Shown: positions 26,450-35,579, counted from the first letter of the stretch. The stretch is DNA of 61,723 bases from an uncultured Vicinamibacterales bacterium (GCA_964547975.1 CAZJRM010000002.1:1-61723); one strand, 5' to 3'. The notes: generated from the letters alone by a model not told the origin. Translations and numbers: made by a program.

Positions 26450-28198
26450 ATGCGCGATCTCAGACTCGTCGCCCTCGCCGCCTGGCTCTGCCTGGCTCTC
26501 CCGTCCGCGGGCTTCGCCCAGCTGATGCGCCCAAAGGCCACCGTCACGCCCATCCTGGGGGCCGACGCCGTCGCCGCCGGCACGAGCGTTCGTGCGGCCG
26601 TGTCCGTCGCGCTGCCGGAGAGCCTGCACGTCCAGTCGAACGCGCCCAGCGATCCCACGATGATTGCCACGGTGCTCACCGTCGATGCGCCGGCCGGCAT
26701 CACCGTCGACGAGATCGTGTATCCCAAGTCGACACCGCTCGCCCAGGCCGGTCTCGACCAGCCGCTGTCGGTCTTCGCCCACGAGTTCGTCATCGGCGTC
26801 AGGCTGTCCGCCGCCCCCTCCCTGCCACCCGGCGACATCGTCGTGCCCGTGCGACTCCGGTACCAAGCCTGCAACGACCAGATGTGTTTCGCCCCCGCCA
26901 CCGCCGAGGCCGCATGGACCCTTCGGGTCGTCGCGCCGGGCACGGCCGTCGCGGCACGGCATGCCGACGTGATCGACACGATCGTATTCGGGGCGGGCGC
27001 CTCCCCGGCATCGGCGTCAGGCGCGACGGCGTCAGGCGCGACGGCGTCTGGCGTGACGGCAACCGCCGGGGCCGACGACATGTCCGCGCTCGATCGCTTC
27101 GAGATCGTGGCCACCGCCGGCGGATTCCTCAACGTCGACGACTTCCTGCAATTCGTGCGCGATGCGGAGAGCGGCACCGTGACGAAAGGCCCGTTCGAGG
27201 GCCAGGGGCCGCTGGCGATCCTGCTCGTGGTGTTCCTCGGCGGGCTCGCACTCAACCTGACACCGTGCGTGCTGCCGATGATCCCGATCAACCTCGCCAT
27301 CATCGGCGCGGGCGCCCAGGCCGGTTCGCGCAGCCGCGGCTTCGTCCTCGGCTCGGCGTACGGCGCGGCCATGGCGCTCGTCTACGGCGTGCTCGGCGTC
27401 ATCGTCATCCTGACGGCCGGATCGTTCGGCACCATCAACGCGTCACCGTGGTTCAACGTGTCGATCGCCGTCATCTTCGTCGTGCTGGCGCTCGCGATGT
27501 TCGACATCATCCCGATCGACTTCTCGCGCTATTCGTCGAACATCGGCACCGGCGGCGCGGCCAGGGGCAGCCTGCCGCTCGCGTTCTTCATGGGCGCGGT
27601 CGCGGCGCTGCTCGCCGGGGCGTGCGTGGCGCCGGTCGTGATCCAGGTCGTGCTCTTCGCGAGCAACCTGTACGCCACGGGCACCCCGATCGCGCTGGCG
27701 CTGCCGTTCGTGCTCGGCCTCGGCATGGGCCTGCCCTGGCCGTTTGCCGGCGCGGGCATCGCGGCGCTTCCGAAACCGGGCGCCTGGATGGTGCGGGTGA
27801 AGCAGGCCTTCGGCGTCCTGATCCTCGGGACGGCGGTCTACTACGGCTACCTCGCCTACGGCCTGTTCGCGAGCCGGTGGGTCGACTCGAGCGCGGTGCA
27901 ATCGAGCGTCGCCGAGAAGCTGAAGGAAGGCTGGCACGCCTCGCTCGCCGAAGGCCTCGCGCACGCCGAACGCGACGGCAAGCCGGTGCTCGTCGATCTG
28001 TGGGCCACGTGGTGCAAGAACTGCCTCACCATGGACAAGACGACGTTCCAGGACGCGAGCGTGAAGGCGGCGCTCGACGGGTACGTGAAGATCAAGTTCC
28101 AGGCCGAAAGCCCGGATGAAGAGCCGGCCAAGGCCGTGATGCAGCGCTTCAAGGCCGTCGGCCTGCCGACCTACGTGATCCTGAAGCCGAAGAAGTGA
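26450..28198 (+). CDS. dsbD: thiol:disulfide interchange protein DsbD
   Basis: Signal peptide plus N-terminal domain, a central TM domain with CVLPMIP, and a C-terminal thioredoxin domain WATWCKNC. Confidence 0.9.
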   Translation: MRDLRLVALAAWLCLALPSAGFAQLMRPKATVTPILGADAVAAGTSVRAAVSVALPESLHVQSNAPSDPTMIATVLTVDAPAGITVDEIVYPKSTPLAQAGLDQPLSVFAHEFVIGVRLSAAPSLPPGDIVVPVRLRYQACNDQMCFAPATAEAAWTLRVVAPGTAVAARHADVIDTIVFGAGASPASASGATASGATASGVTATAGADDMSALDRFEIVATAGGFLNVDDFLQFVRDAESGTVTKGPFEGQGPLAILLVVFLGGLALNLTPCVLPMIPINLAIIGAGAQAGSRSRGFVLGSAYGAAMALVYGVLGVIVILTAGSFGTINASPWFNVSIAVIFVVLALAMFDIIPIDFSRYSSNIGTGGAARGSLPLAFFMGAVAALLAGACVAPVVIQVVLFASNLYATGTPIALALPFVLGLGMGLPWPFAGAGIAALPKPGAWMVRVKQAFGVLILGTAVYYGYLAYGLFASRWVDSSAVQSSVAEKLKEGWHASLAEGLAHAERDGKPVLVDLWATWCKNCLTMDKTTFQDASVKAALDGYVKIKFQAESPDEEPAKAVMQRFKAVGLPTYVILKPKK

Positions 28199-28208
28199 CA
28201 CCGACCCC

Positions 28209-28264
28209 TGTGGCATCCGGCTTCAGCCGGATGCTGCAGGGGCCGGCTGAAGCCGGCCCCCACA
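28209..28264. repeat. REP-like double-hairpin element enclosed by an outer stem
   Basis: TGTGG | CATCCGGC-TTCA-GCCGGATG | CTGCA | GGGGCCGGC-TGAA-GCCGGCCCC | CACA. It lies between convergent stops at 28198 and 28272. Confidence 0.7.
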
Positions 28265-28271
28265 TCTCGCG

Positions 28272-29759
28272 CTATCCCTGTGTCACCCTTGCATTGAACT
28301 CGTCGATCATCGCGTCCCACGCCGGCAGCAGGTCGCGCAGGCCACGCCAGAACGCCTGGTCGCGGCGGGCGTTGAACTCGGCCACGCTGACGCCCTGCTG
28401 CTCGACCCAGGTGTAGTAGCCGAGGTTGAAGATCCGCGTCCGGTCTCTCGTGGACAGTTCGAGCAGGTGATCGGTGGCCGCACCGAGCATGTGCTGACCG
28501 AACGCCTCGGCCGCCGCGGTCCGATCGAAGGTGCCCCCAAATCGTTTCTGCAGGGCCTTCTCGCGTTCGGTGCCGTACATCTCGGCGCCGTCGGTCGCCA
28601 CGGTCACGATGAGGTCGTCCGGCCCGAGGTCGTAGTACTTCGCCGTCTTCACCGCGGCCACCACGTTGCAGAGGCTCGAGAGCCCCATCGAGTCGAGCGC
28701 CGCGAACAGCCCTGCCGGGACCTCGCGCCGGTCCGAGAGGTACTGGCGCCCGGCCAACGTTCCAAAGACGAGACCCAGAGCATCGGTCGCCGTGTCGGAC
28801 ACGGCGATGACGGCATCCGTGTTCATGACGTTGTGAATGAAGGGCACGTGTTTGTCCCCGATGCCCTGGATGTTGTGCTCGCCGAACCCGTTGTAGAGCA
28901 GCGTCGGGCATTCGAGGGCCTCGACGGCGACGACCTTCGCGCCGAACCGGTCCTTGAGGTAGTCGCCCGCCGCCAGCGTTCCGCCGGACCCGGTCGCCGA
29001 CACGTACGCCTGCACACGTTTGCGGCCCTCGGGGTCGACCGCGCGGACCACGGCATCGAGCGCGCGCCCGGTGCACGCGTAGTGCGCGAGGTAGTTTCCG
29101 AACTCGCAGAACTGATTGAAGATGACGTGGTGCGGGTCCTTCTCGAGCACCGCGCAGGCGTCGTAGATCTCCTTCACGTTGCTCTCGGAGCCCGGCGTGC
29201 GGATGATGTCGGCGGGATCGTGCACCCACGCCTCGAGCCACCGGAATCGTTCTTCGCTCATGCCCTCGGGCAGGATCGCGACACCCCGGCAATCCATGAT
29301 GCGTGAGATGGCCACGCCGCCGCGGCAGTAGTTCCCGGTGGACGGCCAGATGGCCTTGTGCACGGTCGGATCGAACTGGCCGGTCACGACACGCGGCGCG
29401 AGGCAGCCGTACGCGGCCAACACCTTGTGCGCCCGGATCATCGGAAACGGCTGGCCGAAGGCGACGACGATCGGCGCCCGTACTCCGGTGAGCGATTCCG
29501 GAAGCACCGCGTGCACGGGCGTCGGCGCGAACCCGCGGCGGGTGGTGTCGTTGTACCAGTGCACACGAAACAGGTTCAGCGGGTGCGGCGCGTCAGGGTC
29601 GACGGACGCGAGTGCCGCGCGGATGTCGCCCGGGATCCGCGACGGGTCGGCCAGCTGGGCGAAAGTGGGCAACGTGATGCCCGCCTCGCGGAACCGGGAC
29701 ACTGAATGGGCGTACACGGACGCATCGACGACGTGCTGTTCGGTGCCGAGACGTTTCAT
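28272..29759 (-). CDS. PLP-dependent enzyme of the cysteine synthase / tryptophan synthase beta superfamily (long form)
   Basis: 495 aa. The AHKVLAAYG (candidate PLP Lys) and [12 protein letters not shown] segments resemble fold-type II PLP enzymes. Substrate unknown. Confidence 0.7.
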   Translation of the reverse strand: MKRLGTEQHVVDASVYAHSVSRFREAGITLPTFAQLADPSRIPGDIRAALASVDPDAPHPLNLFRVHWYNDTTRRGFAPTPVHAVLPESLTGVRAPIVVAFGQPFPMIRAHKVLAAYGCLAPRVVTGQFDPTVHKAIWPSTGNYCRGGVAISRIMDCRGVAILPEGMSEERFRWLEAWVHDPADIIRTPGSESNVKEIYDACAVLEKDPHHVIFNQFCEFGNYLAHYACTGRALDAVVRAVDPEGRKRVQAYVSATGSGGTLAAGDYLKDRFGAKVVAVEALECPTLLYNGFGEHNIQGIGDKHVPFIHNVMNTDAVIAVSDTATDALGLVFGTLAGRQYLSDRREVPAGLFAALDSMGLSSLCNVVAAVKTAKYYDLGPDDLIVTVATDGAEMYGTEREKALQKRFGGTFDRTAAAEAFGQHMLGAATDHLLELSTRDRTRIFNLGYYTWVEQQGVSVAEFNARRDQAFWRGLRDLLPAWDAMIDEFNARVTQG

Positions 29760-29778
29760 GGCGGATATTATGTGTCAT

Positions 29779-30951
29779 ATGGCCCACGACTTCGATCGGC
29801 TCATCGACCGGCGGCGTTCGGACAGCACGAAATGGAACTACTTCGATGACGACGTGCTGCCCCTGTGGACGGCCGACATGGACTTCCGGGTGGCGGAACC
29901 GATCGTCGACGCGCTTCGCGCCAGGGTCGACCACGGGATCTTCGGTTACGCCCGCGAGCCGCAGGCGCTGCGGGAGGTGATCGCGGCGCGGATGGCCGAA
30001 CGGTACGGGTGGGCAATCTCACCGGACTGGGTCGTGTTCCAGACGGGCGTGCTGAACGGGTTCCGCAAGGTCTGCGAAGTGGCCGCGGGCCCCGGCGACG
30101 GGATCCTGATTCAACCGCCGGTTTACCCGCCAATCGTGGGGACACCGGCCGCCAACGGATCGTGGCACCAGGAATCGCCGCTCGTGAGGCGGTCGGACGG
30201 ACGGTACGGCATCGACTTCGACGGCTTCGAGGCCGCCATCACGCCCGAGACGCGCGTCTTCATCCTCTGCAATCCGCACAACCCCGTCGGCCGGGCGTTC
30301 ACGCCAGCCGAGCTCGAGCGGCTCGCCACCATCTGCCTGCGGCACGACGTCCTGATCTGCTCGGACGAGATCCACTGCGATCTCGTGTTTTCCGGAAGCC
30401 GCCACACCCCCATCGCGTCGATGGCGCCGGAAATCGCCAGGCGCTCGGTCACGCTCATGGCGCCAAGCAAGACCTACAACATCCCCGGGCTGCACTGCTC
30501 GTTCGCGATCGTGCCGGATCCGGCCCTGCGGGCCAGGATCGCGAAACCCGGGTCCGGCGACTTCGCGGATGTGAACCTGATGGGCCTGGTGGCAACGCTG
30601 GCGGCGTACCGGGACGGGCAGCCGTGGCTCGACGAGGTCCTGCCGTACCTCGAGGGGAACCGGGACTTCGTCGTTGATTTCGTCAGGAAGGAGATGCCCG
30701 GCGTTCGCGTGTGGGCTCCCGAAGCCACCTACCTGGCGTGGCTGGACTGCCGCGACAGCGGGATTTGCGGGGATCCATACGAGTTCTTCCTCGAACACGG
30801 GAGGGTGGGGCTTTCTGGCGGGCCGGCATTCGGCACGGGCGGGACGGGGTTCGTCCGCGTCAATTTCGGGTGTGCGCGCGCGACGCTGGCGGAGGCGCTG
30901 CGCCGGATGCAGGGGGCCCTCATCGGGAGGGCGAAGCACCAGGAAGCGTAG
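29779..30951 (+). CDS. MalY/PatB-type cystathionine beta-lyase (class I aminotransferase fold C-S lyase)
   Basis: MAHDFDRLIDRRRSDSTKWNYF at the N-terminus and SKTYNIPGL (PLP Lys). In-frame ATGs at 29758/29770 are alternatives. Confidence 0.85.
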   Translation: MAHDFDRLIDRRRSDSTKWNYFDDDVLPLWTADMDFRVAEPIVDALRARVDHGIFGYAREPQALREVIAARMAERYGWAISPDWVVFQTGVLNGFRKVCEVAAGPGDGILIQPPVYPPIVGTPAANGSWHQESPLVRRSDGRYGIDFDGFEAAITPETRVFILCNPHNPVGRAFTPAELERLATICLRHDVLICSDEIHCDLVFSGSRHTPIASMAPEIARRSVTLMAPSKTYNIPGLHCSFAIVPDPALRARIAKPGSGDFADVNLMGLVATLAAYRDGQPWLDEVLPYLEGNRDFVVDFVRKEMPGVRVWAPEATYLAWLDCRDSGICGDPYEFFLEHGRVGLSGGPAFGTGGTGFVRVNFGCARATLAEALRRMQGALIGRAKHQEA

Positions 30952-31097
30952 TAGTCCGCCTTCAGGGCAATAAAACTCAGCCTTATGGGTACCTATTGAA
31001 TACGCGCCATAACGATGTCGCTGATCGCGCTGCTATAAATACCTGATATCTAAAGACTTAGACCAATACTGCGACCGTGGAACGCCGTCGGAGCAGA

Positions 31098-31113
31098 TGG
31101 CCCGAAGCTTGCC
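31098..31113 (+). promoter_or_regulatory. sigma-54 (-24/-12) promoter candidate
   Basis: TGGCCC-GAAGC-TTGCC with correct spacing, 73 nt upstream of ATG 31186. Confidence 0.6.
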
Positions 31114-31185
31114 TCTGCGAATGGATAGTTCCCCGACCAGCTCGAACGATAACGAGTGGTCATTCCTCAGAGGTTGGAGATGTCG

Positions 31186-31821
31186 ATGCGCTTCGTTTCT
31201 TCCCTGTCAGCCCTGGTGCTGACGGTCTTCTTCGCAGGCTCGGCGGCCGCCGCGCCAGTGACCACCTACTGCCCCGGCTCAGGCCCGGTTCCGGTCGACC
31301 CCTTCACTCGCTCGTTCTGGGTCACGCTCGACGGGGCCGCAGCCACGTGCCACATGTACGGCACGGGCAATCTCAACGCGAGCACGGCCGCCCAGGACGC
31401 GATGATCGCGTCCGGCTGGACCGCGCTCGACAAAGACGAGGCTCCTGACGCGGCCTTCACCCTCGATTCGTGGCTGACGATCACGGGACTCGGTGCCACG
31501 AGCGGGACCTTCACGCTGGCTTCGGCGGCCTGGGCCGCCGGCGGGTACAAGGACCTGGCCATCGGCATCAAGGTCGGAAACAGGGACAACCCGTCGTGGG
31601 CCGTCTTCCTCCTGCCCAGCGCATTGTTCACGGGGTCGAGTCTGACCGGCCAGTGGGGCACGGGCCCGGCACAGGGTGGAGGGCTGTCCCATCTCAACCT
31701 GTACGGCAAGGGGACGCCCGACGATCCGCCTCCGCCTCCGGTTCCCGAGCCCGCGTCGATGGTGCTTCTCGGCACCGGCCTGATCGGCGCGGCGGCCGCC
31801 CGGCGGCGCCGGCGCCAGTAA
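31186..31821 (+). CDS. PEP-CTERM sorting-domain protein
   Basis: ATG 31186 lies 6 nt after GGAG. Signal peptide MRFVSSLSALVLTVFFAGSAAAA. C-terminus PPPPPVPEPASMVLLGTGLIGAAAARRRRRQ. Confidence 0.9.
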   Translation: MRFVSSLSALVLTVFFAGSAAAAPVTTYCPGSGPVPVDPFTRSFWVTLDGAAATCHMYGTGNLNASTAAQDAMIASGWTALDKDEAPDAAFTLDSWLTITGLGATSGTFTLASAAWAAGGYKDLAIGIKVGNRDNPSWAVFLLPSALFTGSSLTGQWGTGPAQGGGLSHLNLYGKGTPDDPPPPPVPEPASMVLLGTGLIGAAAARRRRRQ

Positions 31822-31844
31822 GCGGGTTCGGCTCGCAGGTCATC

Positions 31845-31886
31845 GACGAGGCGGAGCGCTCGCACGCTCCGCCTCGTCCCGTTTCT
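31845..31886 (+). terminator. rho-independent terminator
   Basis: GACGAGGCGGAGCG-CTCGCA-CGCTCCGCCTCGTC (14 bp) followed by CCGTTTCT. Confidence 0.7.
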
Positions 31887-31902
31887 GGGAGCGTTCATCA
31901 CC

Positions 31903-33579
31903 GTGCAGCGGGTATCTCGAATGGCCGTTCCGTTCTTCCGCCAGGCGCTCGAGCGACACCTCGCCGAACACCCGGACGCACCGTGGCTGCACATCGTCTC
32001 GGGCGATGAGGCGACGCCGTTCACGTTTGCCGACATCGCCCGGCGCGTGACCGACTACTGCGCGTTCTACCGCGAGCTTGGCCTGGGCGACAACGACACC
32101 GTCGTCATCATCCTGAAGGAGTCGCTCGATCTCTACGCGGCGTTCTTCGCCGGCGTCATTACCGGCGCGCTGCCTGCGTACTACTTCTACCCCTCGCCGA
32201 AGCAGTCGGTGGATCTCTTTCTGAAGTCCATCGACAACCTGCTGCTCTACAACGAGGTCAAGGTCATCATCAGCTACCCGGAGGTCATCGCGGTGCTCCG
32301 GGAACACCACGCCATCTCGGTGCCGGAGTTCGTCGGGTTCATCCAGCACACGGACGTGCCCGCGGGCGATCGGATCGATCTGGACGGCCGGCACGTCCCG
32401 CCCCACGAGGCCTTCCTGCAATTCTCGTCGGGCACGACGGGGGCGAAGAAGGGCGTGAAGATCTCGAGCGCGGCGCTGATGCACCAGGTGGACGCCTACG
32501 CCGAGTTCGTACGCTTCCAGCCCGGCGATCGTATCGTGTCGTGGCTGCCGCACTACCACGACATGGGGCTCATCGCCTGCATGCTGATGCCGTTCCTGCT
32601 GGGCGTCCCGGTGTACATGATGTCGCCCTTCGAGTGGGTGCGGAACCCCCGCCTGCTCTTCGACTGGATCGCCAGGGTCCGCGGGACGCACGTCTGGCTG
32701 CCGAACTTCGCCCTCGGCCATCTCGCGAAGTCCTGCGGCGACGAGGCTCCGGGGGCGTTCGATCTCTCGAGCCTGAAGCGCATCGTCTGCTGTTCGGAAC
32801 CGGTCCTCAGGGACACCGTCGAGCCGTTCATCGCCGCGTTCGAACCGGCCGGCGTGCGGGCGTCGGTCTTCCAGAACTGCTACGCGATGGCGGAGAACAC
32901 GTTCGCGATGACGTCCACCCGCGAAGGCCCGATCCGGTTCCTGAACGTCGACCCCGAGGTCTTCCGCCAGGAGCATCGGGCGATCCCGATGGAAGGCGGC
33001 CGATCGGTGTCGAGCGCGGGCGTCCCGCTGAACAACATCCGCGTGAAGATTGCCACCGACCGGGGCGAGCCGCTGCCGGACGGCTCGGTCGGCGAGATCA
33101 TGATCCGCAGCAACTGCATGCTCGACAGCTATCACAACAACTGGGAGGACACGCAGAAGGCCATCGTCGACGGCTGGTTCAAGACCGGCGACCTGGGCTT
33201 CGTCCACGAAGGCGAGTTGTACGTGACCGGCCGCAGCAAGGACATGCTCATCGTCGGCGGCGAGAACATCTATCCGCAGGATATCGAGGCGATCCTGAAC
33301 GCGAAGGACTACCTGATTCCCGGGCGCAACGTCGTATTCGGCGTGGAGAACCCGAAGACGGGCACGGAACGGATCGTGATCCTGGCGGAAGCCGCGCCGG
33401 AGCATCTGCACGTGGACCTCGTCCCGCTGCGGACGGAGATCCTCAATGCGCTGGGTGTCTCGGTGTCGCGGATTGCCCTGGTGCCGCACATGACGCTGCT
33501 GAAGGGTACGGCCGGGAAGATCTCGCGCTACCTGAACAAGCAGGCGTACCTTGCCGGCCGCATTGGCGGCAGGGCCTGA
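31903..33579 (+). CDS. fatty acyl-AMP ligase-like adenylate-forming enzyme (AMP-dependent synthetase/ligase)
   Basis: FSSGTTGAKKGV, YHDMGL and TGRSKDMLIVGGENIYPQDIE motifs are present. The start is GTG 31903 or ATG 31921. Confidence 0.85.
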   Translation: MQRVSRMAVPFFRQALERHLAEHPDAPWLHIVSGDEATPFTFADIARRVTDYCAFYRELGLGDNDTVVIILKESLDLYAAFFAGVITGALPAYYFYPSPKQSVDLFLKSIDNLLLYNEVKVIISYPEVIAVLREHHAISVPEFVGFIQHTDVPAGDRIDLDGRHVPPHEAFLQFSSGTTGAKKGVKISSAALMHQVDAYAEFVRFQPGDRIVSWLPHYHDMGLIACMLMPFLLGVPVYMMSPFEWVRNPRLLFDWIARVRGTHVWLPNFALGHLAKSCGDEAPGAFDLSSLKRIVCCSEPVLRDTVEPFIAAFEPAGVRASVFQNCYAMAENTFAMTSTREGPIRFLNVDPEVFRQEHRAIPMEGGRSVSSAGVPLNNIRVKIATDRGEPLPDGSVGEIMIRSNCMLDSYHNNWEDTQKAIVDGWFKTGDLGFVHEGELYVTGRSKDMLIVGGENIYPQDIEAILNAKDYLIPGRNVVFGVENPKTGTERIVILAEAAPEHLHVDLVPLRTEILNALGVSVSRIALVPHMTLLKGTAGKISRYLNKQAYLAGRIGGRA

Positions 33580-33749
33580 ATCGTCGTCTCGGCGAACGTG
33601 GTGTCGCGGGGCCGACACCGCGCGTGCAGGTCTTACACGCACTGGTGTGCGGTTGTGTGCAGCGTGTCTCCGGCGCCGCGTTTGCACATCTCCGCTGCGG
33701 CGCGGCGGCGACGACCTGCCGACAGCCTGGACGATGCACAGGAGCACCC

Positions 33750-33863
33750 ATGTTCGCGTTCGCCGTCGTTCCCGAATCGCCTCGCACCACGCGGATCCGC
33801 CAGGCCGTGACGCTGCTGCTCTCGGTCGCCGGCCTGCTGGTGGCGCGTTCGCTGCTCACGTAA
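33750..33863 (+). CDS. candidate 37-aa small membrane protein
   Basis: ATG preceded by AGGAG at 5-nt spacing. It encodes MFAFAVVPESPRTTRIRQAVTLLLSVAGLLVARSLLT with one predicted TM helix. No homology support is available. Confidence 0.35.
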   Translation: MFAFAVVPESPRTTRIRQAVTLLLSVAGLLVARSLLT

Positions 33864-33877
33864 ACCGCACGCAAGCC

Positions 33878-33908
33878 TTGCCACGCGGTCAACGACTTCT
33901 GCTATACT
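33878..33908 (+). promoter_or_regulatory. possible sigma-70 promoter for tRNA-Lys
   Basis: TTGCCA-N19-TATACT about 65 nt upstream of the tRNA. The spacer is longer than optimal. Confidence 0.25.
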
Positions 33909-33974
33909 GGTGGTTCCGGTATGCAGTACCGGACGCGCCGGTGCACCCTGTGCGACCGGCAACCATCCTCGAGT

Positions 33975-34050
33975 GGGCCGCTAGCTCAACTGGCAGAGCA
34001 GCAGACTCTTAATCTGCGGGTTCACGGTTCGATTCCGTGGCGGCTCACCA
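33975..34050 (+). tRNA. tRNA-Lys (anticodon CTT), CCA encoded
   Basis: Cloverleaf folded by hand. Acceptor stem GGGCCGC/GCGGCTC (one G-U), D arm GCTC..GAGC, anticodon arm GCAGA-CTCTTAA-TCTGC and T arm CACGG-TTCGATT-CCGTG, followed by A-CCA. Confidence 0.95.
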
Positions 34051-34087
34051 TCCTTCGCTCCCCTGCGCAGAACTGACGATGGTGCTC

Positions 34088-34177
34088 GGGGAGCTACGGA
34101 TGGCTTCGCCCCGTCCCTGACCTCCACACCACTCACGCATCTGCTTGGGGAGCTCCGGCTGGCTTCGCCCCGTCCCC
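34088..34177 (+). repeat. two ~30-nt direct repeats immediately downstream of tRNA-Lys
   Basis: GGGGAGCTACGGATGGCTTCGCCCCGTCCC (34088-34117) and GGGGAGCTCCGGCTGGCTTCGCCCCGTCCC (34147-34176) have 28/30 identical positions. Confidence 0.6.
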
Positions 34178-34311
34178 GCGCAGCATCAGCACACCCTGTC
34201 TTCACCCGTGACGTGTTAGCATCGGCCTCTCACGTGGCCGCGTGAAGCCGGGTACCGCCCCCCTGCCAGACGTGCCGCTCGTCGGCCCCATGGACTGTTA
34301 CGGAGGCGTCA

Positions 34312-35475
34312 GTGCTCGTCTCATCGCCGTCAGTGACCGTGACCGCAGGATCCGCCGAAATCAGGGCGTCGATCGGGCGGTTCCCCTTCTGGATGCGCGT
34401 GCCCGCCGACGTCCTCCCCGAATTGCGGGGCGACGCGTTTGCCGCGTGGGGCCTGTTCCCCTCGATGGCCGCGGGTGAACCGCTGGAACTCTCCGACGAT
34501 CTGCCGGTGTCCCCCGCCCTCGTCGAACATCTCCATCGCGCGCAGGAGGTATTCTCGACGTGGGTCCCGTCGCTCACGAGGATCCCGATCCGCTGCCGCA
34601 CGTCGGCGCCGGCACGGCACCCGGGCGTCGCGGCGTTCTACTCGGGAGGGGTGGACGGCGGATACACGCTGGCCACGCACGGCGGAGAGATCTCGCACCT
34701 CCTCTCGATCCGGGGGTTCGACCTCAGCTTCGACAACGACCCGGTGTTCGACCGCCTGCGCGCGATGATGCGGGACATCGCCCTGGCCACGAACACCCGG
34801 TCCGTTTTCATCGAAACCAACGTCCGGGAACTGATCGCCGAGTACCCGATGCGGTTCTCGATCTTCTTCGGGGCGATGCTCGGCGGCGTCGCCCTGCTGC
34901 TCGGATTCGATCGGACGTACCTGTCGTCGGAAGCGACCTGGAACGAGCTCATCCCCTGGGGAAGCCACCCGGCTACCGACCACCTCTGGTCGACGGAAAC
35001 CAGCAGGACCATCCACGACGGCGCCCATGCGCGGCGATCGGAGAAGGTGCTCGAGATCGCCCGCCACCCTCACATCCTCCAGACGTTGAGGGTCTGCCCC
35101 GAAGACAGCGACTTCAACTGCGGGAAGTGTTACAAGTGCCTGCGGACGATGGCGGCCCTCCAGCTCCACGGGCTGACGTGCCCCACGCTCCCGGCACTCT
35201 CGGCCACCGACCGGCGCGAGATCGAGCGGCTCACGATCGATGACCCGATCCAGTTCACGTACTGGGATGACTTGCTCCGTCTTGCCAAGGAGAAGTCCGA
35301 CGCGGCGATGATTCGCTGCCTGAAGAAGCCGATCCGGCGTTACCTCATCCGTTCGTTTGTGAAACGCATGGATGACAAGGTGTGGGACGGACGTCTCCGC
35401 GAGTTCTCGCGCCGCTTCAAGACGCCCCCCGCCAACCCGAGGTTCCAGCTTCCCGACATCGGGTTGGATACCTAG
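34312..35475 (+). CDS. uncharacterised PP-loop (adenine-nucleotide alpha-hydrolase) superfamily protein, QueC-like C-terminal Cys motif
   Basis: GTG start 5 nt after GGAGG. AAFYSGGVDGGYT is an SGGxDS-like PP-loop, and NCGKCYKCLRT is a CxxCxxC motif as in QueC-type enzymes. Confidence 0.65.
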   Translation: MLVSSPSVTVTAGSAEIRASIGRFPFWMRVPADVLPELRGDAFAAWGLFPSMAAGEPLELSDDLPVSPALVEHLHRAQEVFSTWVPSLTRIPIRCRTSAPARHPGVAAFYSGGVDGGYTLATHGGEISHLLSIRGFDLSFDNDPVFDRLRAMMRDIALATNTRSVFIETNVRELIAEYPMRFSIFFGAMLGGVALLLGFDRTYLSSEATWNELIPWGSHPATDHLWSTETSRTIHDGAHARRSEKVLEIARHPHILQTLRVCPEDSDFNCGKCYKCLRTMAALQLHGLTCPTLPALSATDRREIERLTIDDPIQFTYWDDLLRLAKEKSDAAMIRCLKKPIRRYLIRSFVKRMDDKVWDGRLREFSRRFKTPPANPRFQLPDIGLDT

Positions 35476-35508
35476 CCCGCCAGGGACGGCCCCAGGCTGT
35501 GACGGGCC

Positions 35509-35559
35509 GCGGGCCTGAAGGCCTGCTCCACGACGTGCAAGCCCGGAGGAAGCCGGGCT
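35509..35559. repeat. REP-like double hairpin (variant)
   Basis: GCGGGCC-TGAA-GGCCTGC, then AGCCCGG-AGGAAG-CCGGGCT. It lies between convergent genes. Confidence 0.55.
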
Positions 35560-35579
35560 CGACGCCCGGCATTCCGTGT

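Noticed and set aside
27013-27057. In-frame 3 x 15-bp tandem repeat in dsbD encoding SGATA-SGATA-SGVTA.
   Set aside because: It lies in the flexible linker between the periplasmic N-domain and the TM domain. This is common low-complexity linker expansion with no functional implication evident.
33598-33620. Hairpin GGTGTCG-CGGGGC-CGACACC after the FAAL gene, considered as a terminator.
   Set aside because: No T-tract follows and the stem is only 7 bp. It cannot be distinguished from chance GC-rich self-complementarity.
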